A stretch of 64,000 bases of DNA from positions 187,185 to 251,184 of the forward strand of contig JAWKJM010000003.1 of NCBI GenBank assembly GCA_041393775.1, written 5' to 3'. The notes beneath the pieces are model-generated. The model worked only from the letters and a program-made list of their open reading frames with translations, was not told the origin of the DNA and ran no database searches. Positions 17,196 through 26,268 of this stretch are shown here, piece by piece. Positions within the stretch are counted from its first letter, which is position 1. The number at the start of each line of letters is the position of its first letter. The position numbers were made by a program, and so were the translations under genes. The DNA comes from Candidatus Nanopelagicales bacterium. Its GTDB lineage: Bacteria; Actinomycetota; Actinomycetes; S36-B12; UBA10799.

Positions 17196-18502
17196 GACGA
17201 ACCTCCGGTCCCGAATGCCTCCCGGAGCGTGGTCTCAGGCGACGGTTCGGACGGTTGGGACGGTTCGGACGCTTCCTGAGAAGGGGTAGGGGGGACTGAG
17301 GGGAGGTAGCGGTCCCATGCATCGGCGAAGGCGAACCGGAGGTATCCGCGTGCCGTGTTCGCGGCGTTGTGGCTCGGTGTGACCCGGTACGGGTGCAGGA
17401 TCCGGGCCAGCCGGTGCGGCGTGAGCCCGCGCTCCCCGTAGGGGCCTCCCGGGGTCCAGGGTCCGTCCTCGATCGCGTGCAGCTGGAGGAGGAGGTCCCG
17501 GCTGGAGACCCACTCCTTGCCGTGCGGCCAGGTCTCCCGGATCTCGCGGAGAAGCCGGATCGGGATCGTTTCGACCTCGAGGGTCTCGGTGAGTACCGAG
17601 ACCGCCTCGCGGGCTTCCTCGGGCCAGTCGCCGCCGGCCGCGTCAGCGATCGCGAGCAACGGCTCCCACACGTCGAGCAGTCGGTCCGCGATCCCCGGCT
17701 CGTCGTCGGGAAACACGGGCTTCCAGGGCCGGGAGGCCCACTCTGCGACCCGGTCGCGCAGCGCGTGGCCCTCCGGTACCGAGGTCGCGACGCGCCAGCG
17801 ACGGACCGTTTCGGAGGGTTTGCGCTTGCGGATCCGGACCACCACCGAGCGATCGAGGATCGTCTCCGGGGGATCGCCGTTGCCCGCCAGCGCCACGGCC
17901 GCGAACGTCTCGAACGGCTCGACCTCGAAGGCCTTCCCGACGCACCGCAGGACCGGGTTCCCGCGACGGTATCCCGCGTTCACGATCCCCCGGACCGCAT
18001 CGCCGGAGTCCGCGCTCGAGCGGAAGATCACGTCGTACTCGTCCAGGAGCAACGTAGGCGCGCGCTTCTCGATCGCCCGGTACAACGTGGCCGCGCTCAC
18101 GTCGGCCGCACGGAGCGGATCCTTGACCGTGGTCTCGAGGATCTCCAGGAGGCGGGTCTTCCCCGATCCCTTCTCGGCGCTGGAGACCGCCAGCCGCGCG
18201 GTCGAGTCGAATCGGTCGATCGTGTGGCTATGCACGATCCACAGCGCGATCGCCTTCGCGGCGTACGGGCTCGGGAGTACCGCGTGGCCGTTTACGAAGT
18301 CCTCGAGGTCCGCGAGGATCCCGTGGAGTTCCCGGTCACTTGGGACATTGGTACTAGTAGCACCACTCTCACCTTCGTAAGAAGAAGAGGCGGGAGCGTC
18401 CGAATCCTGGTCCCCTACCCTCCCTGACACTTTCCCAGAAAGCGTCCCAAGCGTCCGAATCGTCCGGTCCGTCGAGCGTTTAGCCATTCCGGACCCCCGC
18501 AT
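17192..18502 (-). CDS. DUF3631-family protein (P-loop; usual partner of PrimPol in actinobacterial integrated elements)
   Basis: SSAEKGSGKTRLLEIL Walker-A-like motif and LLLDEYD; alternative start at ATG 18487. Confidence 0.75.
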   Translation of the reverse strand: MRGSGMAKRSTDRTIRTLGTLSGKVSGRVGDQDSDAPASSSYEGESGATSTNVPSDRELHGILADLEDFVNGHAVLPSPYAAKAIALWIVHSHTIDRFDSTARLAVSSAEKGSGKTRLLEILETTVKDPLRAADVSAATLYRAIEKRAPTLLLDEYDVIFRSSADSGDAVRGIVNAGYRRGNPVLRCVGKAFEVEPFETFAAVALAGNGDPPETILDRSVVVRIRKRKPSETVRRWRVATSVPEGHALRDRVAEWASRPWKPVFPDDEPGIADRLLDVWEPLLAIADAAGGDWPEEAREAVSVLTETLEVETIPIRLLREIRETWPHGKEWVSSRDLLLQLHAIEDGPWTPGGPYGERGLTPHRLARILHPYRVTPSHNAANTARGYLRFAFADAWDRYLPSVPPTPSQEASEPSQPSEPSPETTLREAFGTGGSS

Positions 18503-19367
18503 CGAGCCCGGACCGGACGGTCGCGTGGATCTCCTGCTCGGTGAGCGGTCCGCGGTCTCCTTCGTCCTCAGACAAAGAATGGTGTGCCGTGGCGATGAGC
18601 CAGGATTCCGCCTGGTCGTACTCGATCCGTCCGGCCGCGACGTGCTTCCCGAGCCGGTAGGCCGCGACGTTCAGGGCGTGGTTTCGCTCTCCCGGCTTCG
18701 CGAGCATGAGCCGGTGCCGCTCCCCGAGGAGCACGGCCTCCAGGTACGTCGAGGCGTTGCGGATCTCGACCTCGGGGAACGTGCGCCGATCGGCAGCCGG
18801 TTTCGGTCTCGCGATCAGATCGACGAGCCATTCGGGGGCCGGTGCGATCTGCGGCTCGAAGTCCTCCAGGTGCTCGAAGCCGTCCGGGCCGATCGCCACG
18901 GTCTCTTCGTACTGGGCTTCCGGAAGATACCGGGAGCCGTTGATCCGCGAGTACGGGGCCAGGACGTACCCGCCCGTGCCGCGTACATCGACTCCCGGCA
19001 GCATGCCGACGCGGTTCCCGAGGTCCTCGGAGGTCTGGAAGTACATGTGTGCACCTCCGCTCGGCGTGGCGACGGTGTAGGTCTCGGTCCAGCCCGGATC
19101 CGCACCCACCGAGTAGGCGTAGGCGTCGATCTCCGAGAAGCCGGATACCGCGTCATTGATATCCAGGTCGATCGCGACGAGCCCGGAGCCGGTCCGGATC
19201 CCGACATTGCAGGTCGGACCCTTCTCCCACCACGCGCTGATCCGATCGAGGTCTCCGGTCGCTGAGTCCACGCCGGAGCGAGTCGCCGGCCGTTTCCCGT
19301 TCGGTAGGACCGGGAGGATCGGCCAGCGACTCGCCAGCGTCAGAGCGACGCTCCGAAGCCGCATCAT
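18480..19367 (-). CDS. Bifunctional DNA primase/polymerase (Prim-Pol) domain protein
   Basis: WPILPVLPNGKRP...NVGIRTGSGLVAIDLD motifs. Confidence 0.8.
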   Translation of the reverse strand: MMRLRSVALTLASRWPILPVLPNGKRPATRSGVDSATGDLDRISAWWEKGPTCNVGIRTGSGLVAIDLDINDAVSGFSEIDAYAYSVGADPGWTETYTVATPSGGAHMYFQTSEDLGNRVGMLPGVDVRGTGGYVLAPYSRINGSRYLPEAQYEETVAIGPDGFEHLEDFEPQIAPAPEWLVDLIARPKPAADRRTFPEVEIRNASTYLEAVLLGERHRLMLAKPGERNHALNVAAYRLGKHVAAGRIEYDQAESWLIATAHHSLSEDEGDRGPLTEQEIHATVRSGLDAGVRNG

Positions 19368-19828
19368 CAGAAGTCGGGCCCCTCGGTGACGGCCGCTTCG
19401 GCTTCCTCGGTGAAGTCGTCGCCGGAGTCCTCGTTGTGCGGTTCCAGCGCGAACGCCTTGGACTCGTCACGGGCCCCTTCTTCGTGAACGGCCACGCGAT
19501 ACGAGACGTAGTTACGGCCGCTCTTCTCCGCGGTCTTCTTGCCGAGGTAGCGGATCGCGATCCGGTCGGCGGTCTGAACCTTGCGCTCGAGGAGTTCGTT
19601 CTTCAGGACGGAGTGCAGGACCGCGACGCGGGTAGGCCCGTTGTCGGTGTCCAGGATCAGGACCGGCAGGTATCGGCCGTCCTTGGTCTTCGGGTGCTCG
19701 ATTGCGGTGATCGTGCCGAGGATCGTGTCGCCCTCGGTCTCGGGCTTCCACTCGTTGCCGCGCTCGGGCTCCTTGTCGAGTTGTTCCAGGAGGTCGAGGT
19801 CGGGGTTAGTCTGGAGTTGCTCGGTCAT
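19367..19828 (-). CDS. Hypothetical protein
   Basis: 153-aa ORF with AAGGAAG RBS; its stop overlaps the PrimPol start (ATGA). Confidence 0.6.
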   Translation of the reverse strand: MTEQLQTNPDLDLLEQLDKEPERGNEWKPETEGDTILGTITAIEHPKTKDGRYLPVLILDTDNGPTRVAVLHSVLKNELLERKVQTADRIAIRYLGKKTAEKSGRNYVSYRVAVHEEGARDESKAFALEPHNEDSGDDFTEEAEAAVTEGPDF

Positions 19829-19997
19829 GGTGAAGCGTCTTCCTTTCGTCGTGATGGAGGTCCCTCGAGACGGTCAGGTCTCGGGGGATCTTCTTCTTCG
19901 TGGTCCGGGTGAAGATCCCGGATCGCTCCCCGCCGAGGTCGCGAACCTCGAGGCGGCCGGTGCCGCGCGGGGATGGCCGGTCAAGCCGCCGGGACAC
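19806..19997 (-). CDS. Possible small basic protein overlapping both neighbours
   Basis: GTG-initiated 63-codon ORF with ~80% GC3 across the otherwise unassigned 19829-19980 gap. Confidence 0.3.
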   Translation of the reverse strand: MSRRLDRPSPRGTGRLEVRDLGGERSGIFTRTTKKKIPRDLTVSRDLHHDERKTLHHDRATPD

Positions 19998-20241
19998 TCC
20001 CCGGATCCAGCCAGCCGGAGGCGGTGACCTCGAGCTGCTGATTCGGCTGGACCTCGAGGATCTCCTGGAACGGTCCGCTCCGATCCCCGCTCTTCGGACG
20101 GCCGATCAGCACGAACCTCCGGCCGAGGAGGATCCAGTACGTCTCGGCCCAGTAGCCCCGGACCTTCGGGGCCAGGCCCCAGACGTACTCCGATACCTCG
20201 GAGCCGTCCTTGCGGGTGAAGGTGACCTCGATGCGCTTCAT
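19981..20241 (-). CDS. Hypothetical protein
   Basis: 86-aa ORF starting MKRIEVTF; shares one base with the upstream TAA stop. Confidence 0.55.
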   Translation of the reverse strand: MKRIEVTFTRKDGSEVSEYVWGLAPKVRGYWAETYWILLGRRFVLIGRPKSGDRSGPFQEILEVQPNQQLEVTASGWLDPGSVPAA

Positions 20242-20537
20242 TACGGAGCGCCCCAGAACCAGTCGCCGAAGAGTTCCCACGCGAGGTCCATCGCCGCCTG
20301 GGTCCCCTTCATCACACGGGCCCGGCGGATCTGGGCCCACGCCTCCGCGAACCTTATGGCTTCGGCCCATATCACGGAATCGCCGGCGCTGAACGCGCGC
20401 AACTGGAAGCCTTCGCAGGCGTCCTGCCGGCGTTCGAGTTCGTCGGTGCTCCACGCCTTGATCGCGAGGTACTTCTCCTTCTGCATCGCCCAGTCGAGTT
20501 CGAGTCGCGGATCCGGGACGATTTCGAGGCGCTTCAT
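20241..20537 (-). CDS. Hypothetical protein
   Basis: 98-aa ORF starting MKRLEIV; ATGA overlap with the upstream gene. Confidence 0.55.
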   Translation of the reverse strand: MKRLEIVPDPRLELDWAMQKEKYLAIKAWSTDELERRQDACEGFQLRAFSAGDSVIWAEAIRFAEAWAQIRRARVMKGTQAAMDLAWELFGDWFWGAP

Positions 20538-20881
20538 CGGGACCCCTCCTTCACGTCGAGCCGGGCAACGCGCTTGAGATCGCGAAGAGCGTTGTCGGTG
20601 ACGCGATCGAAGTCCGCGAGACCGAGGAGCGACTGGACCACGGCCACCCGCAAGAAGTTCTTCGCGTCCGTAACCTTGCGGTCGGCCTCCGTCCCGATAC
20701 CGACCGCTCGGGCGGCCTCGGACTGCGAGTAGTCCCGGTAGTGAGACCAGATCCAAAGAGCCTGGTCCTGCACGTTGCTCTCGGTGTCGATCACGTCGAG
20801 AACCAGACGCGCGGTTCGGGCTTCTGCGGTGAGGAGCTTCCACTCCTTCGGAGTGGTTATGTCGTAGGTCTGTGAGACCAT
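20534..20881 (-). CDS. Hypothetical protein
   Basis: 115-aa ORF with GAAAGGAAC RBS. Confidence 0.6.
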   Translation of the reverse strand: MVSQTYDITTPKEWKLLTAEARTARLVLDVIDTESNVQDQALWIWSHYRDYSQSEAARAVGIGTEADRKVTDAKNFLRVAVVQSLLGLADFDRVTDNALRDLKRVARLDVKEGSR

Positions 20882-20950
20882 GAGGTGAGTTCCTTTCTCT
20901 TCTTGGGTTAGGGCAAGCGGCGATCGGTCGGTCCGGTCGCCGCTTTCGTT

Positions 20951-21139
20951 TCAGTCGCGGAGCGCGAGCCAGTCCTCGACTGCCGATGCGGGGATCACGA
21001 TCCGTCCCCGGATCCGCTTGGACCGAAGCCGTCCGGACTCGATCTCCTGGTAGAGAAGCTGCTTGCTCAAGGACGTTTCGGCGGCGAGTTCCGCCACCGA
21101 GTACGCGATTGGTACGGGCTTCGCGGTGACTTCCGGCAT
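20951..21139 (-). CDS. xis: Excisionase/AlpA-type helix-turn-helix DNA-binding protein
   Basis: YSVAELAAETSLSKQLLYQEIESGRLRSKRIRGRIVIPASAVEDWL, a MerR-like excisionase HTH; GAGGAGGA RBS; first gene of the minus-strand operon. Confidence 0.75.
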   Translation of the reverse strand: MPEVTAKPVPIAYSVAELAAETSLSKQLLYQEIESGRLRSKRIRGRIVIPASAVEDWLALRD

Positions 21140-21246
21140 GTGGGTTTTCCTCCTCTCTCGGGAAAGTTGTTCCTACAGGTCCCACAATGCGCTATGGTCT
21201 GAGATATGGATAGTCTCATTCATGGTCCTAATGCTGAGAGCACCCG

Positions 21247-22038
21247 ATGAGCGGCCGGTTCCGGACAGTCGTGTGGAAAGCGACACCGCACCCTGACCCC
21301 GCCGGGCCGGAGGACTATGTCCCGGCCGGTCCGGACCTTCTGGTTCCCCGTGACATGGCGGTTGAATTTACGGCGGCGCTGCATCAAGTAGGCCCGAGCG
21401 AGAGCGACGAAGATCGGCGCGGCGACGTTCAAGGGCTCGCCACGATCCGAAACGGAGTCGCCTCGGTCTATGAAATGAAGGTGAACACCATCATCAGGAG
21501 CGTTGATCCGGACCAGCCCGATCCCGAGCCGGTCCGAATCTCTGATGAGTTCCTCAAGCGACTCTCCATGACGGACCTCGGTCTCGGCATCGTTGCGAAG
21601 TGCTCGCTCACGCGTTGGCAAGAGGGCCACTACGCACTCGAACCCGCCCCTCGCGGCCTCCTGGATCAGACCATAATCGGAGAGACCCGGCTCTACATGC
21701 GACAAGTGCGCTCAGTCTTCGATGACGAGCCAAGACCTGTGCGGAATCCACCGAAACCTGTGTTCACAGACCCCGAGGGGGTCCCCTGGTATCGGGTCCA
21801 AGTCGTCCAGGACGTGAAGCGGCGACTCCCCTGGCGCCGCAACGCGCGAATCACCCCGGAGTACCTCCGGGACCTGTGGATTGTGTACCGGACGGCCCGT
21901 AAGGCCGGGGAGCCCACCACGGAGGCGGTCAGGGAGTGGGCCGAAGCCCGGACAGGACGGATTCCGTCCAATCCGACGATCTTTCGATGGATCAAAGAAG
22001 CCAAGGCGCTGTACGGGGAGGGTTCAAAGAATGCCTAG
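21247..22038 (+). CDS. Hypothetical protein upstream of and coupled to int; C-terminal HTH-like region (candidate regulator)
   Basis: Open 263 codons; its stop overlaps the int ATG by 8 nt; an A/T-rich divergent region lies just upstream (21140-21246). The N-terminal half is ambiguous against an antisense ORF. Confidence 0.5.
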   Translation: MSGRFRTVVWKATPHPDPAGPEDYVPAGPDLLVPRDMAVEFTAALHQVGPSESDEDRRGDVQGLATIRNGVASVYEMKVNTIIRSVDPDQPDPEPVRISDEFLKRLSMTDLGLGIVAKCSLTRWQEGHYALEPAPRGLLDQTIIGETRLYMRQVRSVFDDEPRPVRNPPKPVFTDPEGVPWYRVQVVQDVKRRLPWRRNARITPEYLRDLWIVYRTARKAGEPTTEAVREWAEARTGRIPSNPTIFRWIKEAKALYGEGSKNA

Positions 22039-23155
22039 GACGAGCGAGCCAATTAAGAGGATCGAGACACCGGCCGGGATCCGGTACGTCGCCATAGCCG
22101 ATGCCCCCCACGCGAAAGGCGAGAAGCGTCGGCAGATCCGTCGCCGGTTCTCGCGTCGTGGAGACGCGGTGATGTGGCTCGGACAGATGCGGGCCGGGAC
22201 CGCGGCGGAGTTGCAGGAGCCGGAGCCCGAGCCCGAGGTCCTGACGTTCGCCTCGATCGCCCGCCCGTGGCTTGAGGTCAAGCGGCGCACGGTTCGCGCG
22301 GTGACGTTCAACGGATACGAGAAGGCCGTGAAGATCTGGACCGAGGAACTCGGGGACAAGCCGCTCGACCAGATCTCGAAGACCGACATTGAGGCACTCG
22401 TGAACCGCTACCAGGACGAGAAGCGGTCCTACTCCCGCGTCTCGTATCTGATCGCGGTATGCCGGTCGATCCTCGGTGAGGCCGTCGAGGAGGAACTCGT
22501 CGGGCGCAACGTGGCGGCTCGCGTGAAGCCTCGAGGAGCCTCGGCCAAGGCGAGGCGAGCACTGACTGCCGAGGAGATCCGCAAGGTCCGGATACGGGCC
22601 TCTGAGGACCCGTGGGAGGCCTTGTGGGTCCTGTCGCTTCTCGGTCTGAGGCGCTCCGAGGTCCTCGGTCTGCGGTGGTCGGACATTGACTTCGAGGCCG
22701 GGACCCTGAGCGTCCGGCGAGCCCGAGTCCAGATCGGAGGCTCAAGGCAGATCAACGTGACCGATCCCAAGACCGCCAACGGCCGGAGGACGCTTCCGAT
22801 GCCGGCGGATCTGGTCGGAGCACTCAAGCGCCTCCGCGCTGCACAGATGCAGGAGTTCGGCCTCTCGGCGGTCCGGGACGGGTACCTCGGTCTGGACGCG
22901 GCCGGGGAGCCGATCCGCCCGGAGGTCTACTCCGACGAGTGGCGAGTCCTTCTCGGGAAGGCGGGGGTCCGAGCCGTCACGTTGCACGAGGCGCGGCACT
23001 CCTCGGTAACGGCCATGCGGGAGGCCGGGGTCCCGGATATGACCGTCGCACAGTGGCACGGACACGACGAGGCCGTGATGATGCGGACCTACTCGCATCC
23101 GTCCGAGGAGTCACTTCGGGAGGCCGGAGAAGCCTTCGCCACGGCCGTTTTCTGA
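22031..23155 (+). CDS. int: Tyrosine-type site-specific integrase
   Basis: LRRSEVLGLRW..., TLHEARHSSVT and TYSH catalytic-domain motifs; adjacent to the tRNA. Confidence 0.9.
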   Translation: MPRTSEPIKRIETPAGIRYVAIADAPHAKGEKRRQIRRRFSRRGDAVMWLGQMRAGTAAELQEPEPEPEVLTFASIARPWLEVKRRTVRAVTFNGYEKAVKIWTEELGDKPLDQISKTDIEALVNRYQDEKRSYSRVSYLIAVCRSILGEAVEEELVGRNVAARVKPRGASAKARRALTAEEIRKVRIRASEDPWEALWVLSLLGLRRSEVLGLRWSDIDFEAGTLSVRRARVQIGGSRQINVTDPKTANGRRTLPMPADLVGALKRLRAAQMQEFGLSAVRDGYLGLDAAGEPIRPEVYSDEWRVLLGKAGVRAVTLHEARHSSVTAMREAGVPDMTVAQWHGHDEAVMMRTYSHPSEESLREAGEAFATAVF

Positions 23156-23206
23156 GTTTTTGTGACTTCTTAGTGACTTTTCGGCGCTGAGCCGGAGCAA
23201 AGCAAG

Positions 23207-23247
23207 AGGCCTGGTCACCCGCTTTTGTGCTTGTGACCAGGCCTTTT
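23207..23247 (+). terminator. Rho-independent terminator downstream of int
   Basis: Perfect 12-bp stem AGGCCTGGTCAC/GTGACCAGGCCT, 14-nt loop, then a T-run. Confidence 0.7.
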
Positions 23248-23251
23248 GCCT

Positions 23252-23294
23252 GAGCCGCCTCCGAGAATCGAACTCGGGACCTACGCATTACGAG
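23252..23294. repeat. att direct repeat (tRNA-proximal copy)
   Basis: 43/43 identical to 14500..14542; covers the tRNA-Thr 3' end up to the anticodon loop. Confidence 0.95.
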
Positions 23295-23326
23295 TGCGTC
23301 GCTCTGGCCGACTGAGCTAAGGCGGC
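23253..23326 (-). tRNA. tRNA-Thr (anticodon CGT)
   Basis: Hand-folded 74-nt cloverleaf: acceptor GCCGCCT/AGGCGGC, anticodon stem ACGCA/TGCGT with loop CTCGTAA, T-arm CCGAG-TTCGATT-CTCGG. Confidence 0.9.
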
Positions 23327-23431
23327 GTGGCCGGCATCGCCGCCCAACCAGTCGATTCTAACCGCGCCCATCGCGGGCGATGCCCGGCCCCACCTGAGCA
23401 CTGGGACCGTACTTGGACCCCCAGCGATGCA

Positions 23432-23608
23432 TTAGACCGGGTCCTGCTGCTTCCTGTACGCGACCACCAGCGTCACCACGGCACCCAGAACGGGGATCAG
23501 GAATCCGAAGATCGGCCACCCGATCTTGCTCATGTCATTGCGCTCGGCGATGAAATAGCAGAAGAACGCACTCAGGACCGAGACAAGCAGTCCCCACAGG
23601 AAATCCAT
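23432..23608 (-). CDS. Possible small two-TM membrane protein (58 aa)
   Basis: MDFLWGLLVSVLSAFFCYFIAE...GWPIFGFLIPVLGAVVTLVVAY; below the ORF-track cutoff. Confidence 0.4.
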   Translation of the reverse strand: MDFLWGLLVSVLSAFFCYFIAERNDMSKIGWPIFGFLIPVLGAVVTLVVAYRKQQDPV

Positions 23609-23642
23609 GTGGTTCAGGCTATGCGCTCGCAGGCCTCACCGG

Positions 23643-25187
23643 CTACTTGCACTCCAGCCCGTCCTCCGGGACCTTTCCGTTGACCAAGAAGTCGTCCACG
23701 GCGTTGTCGATGCACTTGGATCCCGAGTAGTAGGCCGTGTGACCGTCCCCGCCCTTCCAACTGACCAGCACGCCGGATTCGAGTTGGTCAGCCAGACCCA
23801 CCGACCACTCGTACGGCGTCGCGGGGTCGTATTCGGTACCCACGACCACGATCGGGGGAGCCCCGGGTGCGGTGATCTCGCCCGGTTTGTCCACCGCTGG
23901 CGCAGGCCAGTAGTAGCAGGGCAGGTTCCCCCAGGCCAGGGCGGCTCCGAAGACGGGGGCCTCTTTGCTCCACTCGACGGCTTGCTGCTCGGTCTGCTCG
24001 GGGTCGAAACGGTCCGGTCGGTCGATGCAGTTGACCGCGTAGAGAGCCTCGTTGGCGTTGTTCGCATAGGTGCCGTTCGGCTTGCGTTCGGTCAGCCAGT
24101 CGGACAGCGACTGCAGGCCGAATCCGTCGCCCTTGAAGGCACTGTCGAGGGCGTAGAACAGCGACTGCCAGCCGTCCTCAGCCGAGTACAGACTGCCGAT
24201 CACCCCGGTCGTCGCCTGCCCCGCGGTCAGTGGTCTCCCCTTCTGGGCCGGCAGCGGGTCGGTCTCCACGCTGGCCAGCAGGTCCGCGACCTTCTGCACC
24301 CCTGCCTGCGGGTCATCGCCGGTCGGGCAGTCCGCCTGATCGGCGCACCATTGTGTGAACCGAAGCAGCGCCTTCTCGAACCCGATCGCCTGACCCTTGC
24401 TGAGTTCGGCGTTGGTCAAAGTCGGATCGACGGCACCGTCGAGCACGAACCGCCCGACCCTCGACGGGAACAGTCCGGCGTAGGTGGCGCCTATGAAGGT
24501 CCCATACGACTTGCCCAGGTAGTTCAGGCGCTCATCGCCGAGAAGGGACCGCAGGATATCCATGTCGCGTGCCACGAACGGGGTGCCGATATTGGGCGTG
24601 AGATCCGGGGAATTGCGCTCACAGCGCGGGCCGAACCGCTTGGAGACCCGCACGGTCGCTGCGACATCCTGGTCGGTCTCGGGGTTCGGGTCGACATTCA
24701 GGAAGCGGTCCAGTTGCTGGTCGGTCAGGCACTCGATCGGCGTGCTGTCTGCCACCCCGCGCGGGTCGAATCCGACGATGTCGTACGAATCGAGCAGTGG
24801 CTTGGTAACGACGACCCGCGCCGCGCGCGCGTATTCGACCCCGGATCCTCCGGGACCGCCGGGATTGAGCACCAATGAGCCGAGCCGTTTGCTGGGGTCA
24901 CCGGCAGGAAGGCGCAAGACCTCTATCTCGATGGTCTGACCACCCGGGTCGTCATAGGTCAGCGGGACCGTCATCTTCGCGCACTCGAACTTCCCGCCAC
25001 AACTGCTCCACGCCAGGTCCTGCCCGTAGTACTGGGCCAGGGCCGGATCCTCGGCGGTGGGCGAGGCGGAGGGGGTCGCAGACGCGGACACGGACGGGGA
25101 GGCAGACGGGTCGGGCCCACTGGTGAAGGTGCACCCGGCCAGTGCCATGAGGGCGGCGGTTGCCACGGCCAGGAGTCGGGGGCTCAT
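23643..25187 (-). CDS. Secreted alpha/beta hydrolase lipoprotein, tripeptidyl-aminopeptidase (TAP)-like
   Basis: Lipobox LMALAGC; GKSYGT nucleophile elbow; start at ATG 25187. Confidence 0.75.
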   Translation of the reverse strand: MSPRLLAVATAALMALAGCTFTSGPDPSASPSVSASATPSASPTAEDPALAQYYGQDLAWSSCGGKFECAKMTVPLTYDDPGGQTIEIEVLRLPAGDPSKRLGSLVLNPGGPGGSGVEYARAARVVVTKPLLDSYDIVGFDPRGVADSTPIECLTDQQLDRFLNVDPNPETDQDVAATVRVSKRFGPRCERNSPDLTPNIGTPFVARDMDILRSLLGDERLNYLGKSYGTFIGATYAGLFPSRVGRFVLDGAVDPTLTNAELSKGQAIGFEKALLRFTQWCADQADCPTGDDPQAGVQKVADLLASVETDPLPAQKGRPLTAGQATTGVIGSLYSAEDGWQSLFYALDSAFKGDGFGLQSLSDWLTERKPNGTYANNANEALYAVNCIDRPDRFDPEQTEQQAVEWSKEAPVFGAALAWGNLPCYYWPAPAVDKPGEITAPGAPPIVVVGTEYDPATPYEWSVGLADQLESGVLVSWKGGDGHTAYYSGSKCIDNAVDDFLVNGKVPEDGLECK

Positions 25188-25263
25188 CCCCAAACTGTAG
25201 TTGCTGCCCGCGCGGCCGTTTCGCCAGTACCCGAGATGCGGTGAATACAGGGACAATGGCCAC

Positions 25264-26157
25264 GTGGCCCGCATCCAACTCGTCGAGTCCCTGCCCCGGC
25301 CGATCGCCTACGTCCTGGGTGGCGGCGCCTCCTACGGTTCCGTCCAGGTCGGCCACCTTCGGGCGCTGGGCGAAACCGACATCACGCCGGACTTCGTAGT
25401 GGGCACGTCAGTGGGCTCGCTCAATGGCGCCATCGTGGCCGAGCACCCTGCCACCGCCTACGAGCACCTCTCAACTCTGTGGGCAGGTCTGAGCAGGCAG
25501 GCCGTTTTCGGCAACGTGCTCGGCACGGCTCTCAACCTGGCGAAGGGCAAGGCCTCGGCGGTACCCAACACCGGGCTGCGGGCAGTGATCGAGCGTGCCC
25601 TCACATCGCGCACGTTCGAGGAGTTGTCCATCCCGCACACTGCCGTGACCACTGATTTCGACACCGGCGAGCCCGTTCCGATCAACCGCGGCGACCTGGT
25701 CTCGGCCCTGCTCGCGAGTTCGGCCATCCCGCTGGTGTTCCCGCCCGTACACCGGGAGAACCGCAAACTCGTCGACGGCGGAATCGTCGCAAACGTCCCG
25801 ATCTCGATCGCCGCCGAACAAGGCGCGGCGACCATCGTGGTCCTTGACTGCGGTTTCACGGTGATGGCTCCCCAACAAGAGGAGACGGCGACCGGCCGGC
25901 TGCTCCGGACCGCCGCGATCATGGCTGCGCAACAAGTCCGCCGGGATCTGCGCACGGTGGACGACCGGGTGGTGTTGTACCTGCCCGGGCCGTGGCCCAT
26001 GCGCGGGCGGCCCGACGAGTTCCGCCGCAGTGCGCAGAACGCATCGACCACCTTCGGGTTGACCATGACCTGGCTGCACGGGCTCAGGGTGGTGGGACCC
26101 GGCCGCTACGGCTCCGCGCCCTCGGACTGGCTGATCAAACCGAAGTTGGCGGACTGA
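25264..26157 (+). CDS. Patatin-like phospholipase
   Basis: GGGASYG, GTSVGS and LVDGG motifs; start uncertain (GTG 25264 or TTG 25201). Confidence 0.8.
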   Translation: MARIQLVESLPRPIAYVLGGGASYGSVQVGHLRALGETDITPDFVVGTSVGSLNGAIVAEHPATAYEHLSTLWAGLSRQAVFGNVLGTALNLAKGKASAVPNTGLRAVIERALTSRTFEELSIPHTAVTTDFDTGEPVPINRGDLVSALLASSAIPLVFPPVHRENRKLVDGGIVANVPISIAAEQGAATIVVLDCGFTVMAPQQEETATGRLLRTAAIMAAQQVRRDLRTVDDRVVLYLPGPWPMRGRPDEFRRSAQNASTTFGLTMTWLHGLRVVGPGRYGSAPSDWLIKPKLAD

Positions 26158-26161
26158 CCGT

Positions 26162-26211
26162 CGCGTTCGGCCCGGCGGTTCGCGTTCGGCCCGGCGGTTC
26201 GCGTTCGGCCC
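26162..26211. repeat. 19-bp tandem repeat, about 2.6 copies (CGCGTTCGGCCCGGCGGTT)
   Basis: Read directly from the sequence; forms the left part of the intergenic repeat cluster. Confidence 0.85.
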
Positions 26212-26268
26212 AATGCCGCGCGAAAGGCCTAACCGGAACCCAGAACCCTAACGCGAACCGGGAACTCA

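Larger units (their letters stand above)
14500..23294. mobile_element. Integrated 8.8-kb element in tRNA-Thr with a phage-satellite/PICI-like gene set
   Basis: Perfect 43-bp direct repeats at both ends; int beside the tRNA; a divergent Xis-led minus-strand operon with PrimPol, DUF3631 and a TerS-like gene; no recognisable capsid, portal, TerL, tail, lysis or conjugation genes. Confidence 0.8.

Noticed and set aside
21220-21705. 161-codon minus-strand ORF exactly antisense to the first half of 21247..22038; its translation looks protein-like
   Set aside because: - It shares codon boundaries with the plus ORF, so its stops correspond only to rare TTA/CTA/TCA codons.
- It has no ATG start; it begins at TTG.
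- GC1/GC3 statistics do not favour it (about 73% and 70%, against 70% and 73% for the plus frame).
- The A/T-rich divergent promoter gap and the 8-nt coupling to int fit the plus-strand gene better.
- It remains ambiguous and is worth checking with Ribo-seq.
26162-26211. Short tandem repeats and regularly spaced repeat copies, checked as a possible CRISPR array
   Set aside because: - The units abut without unique spacers, and there are only 2.6 copies.
- The dispersed palindromic copies are kilobases apart.
- No cas genes are present in the window.
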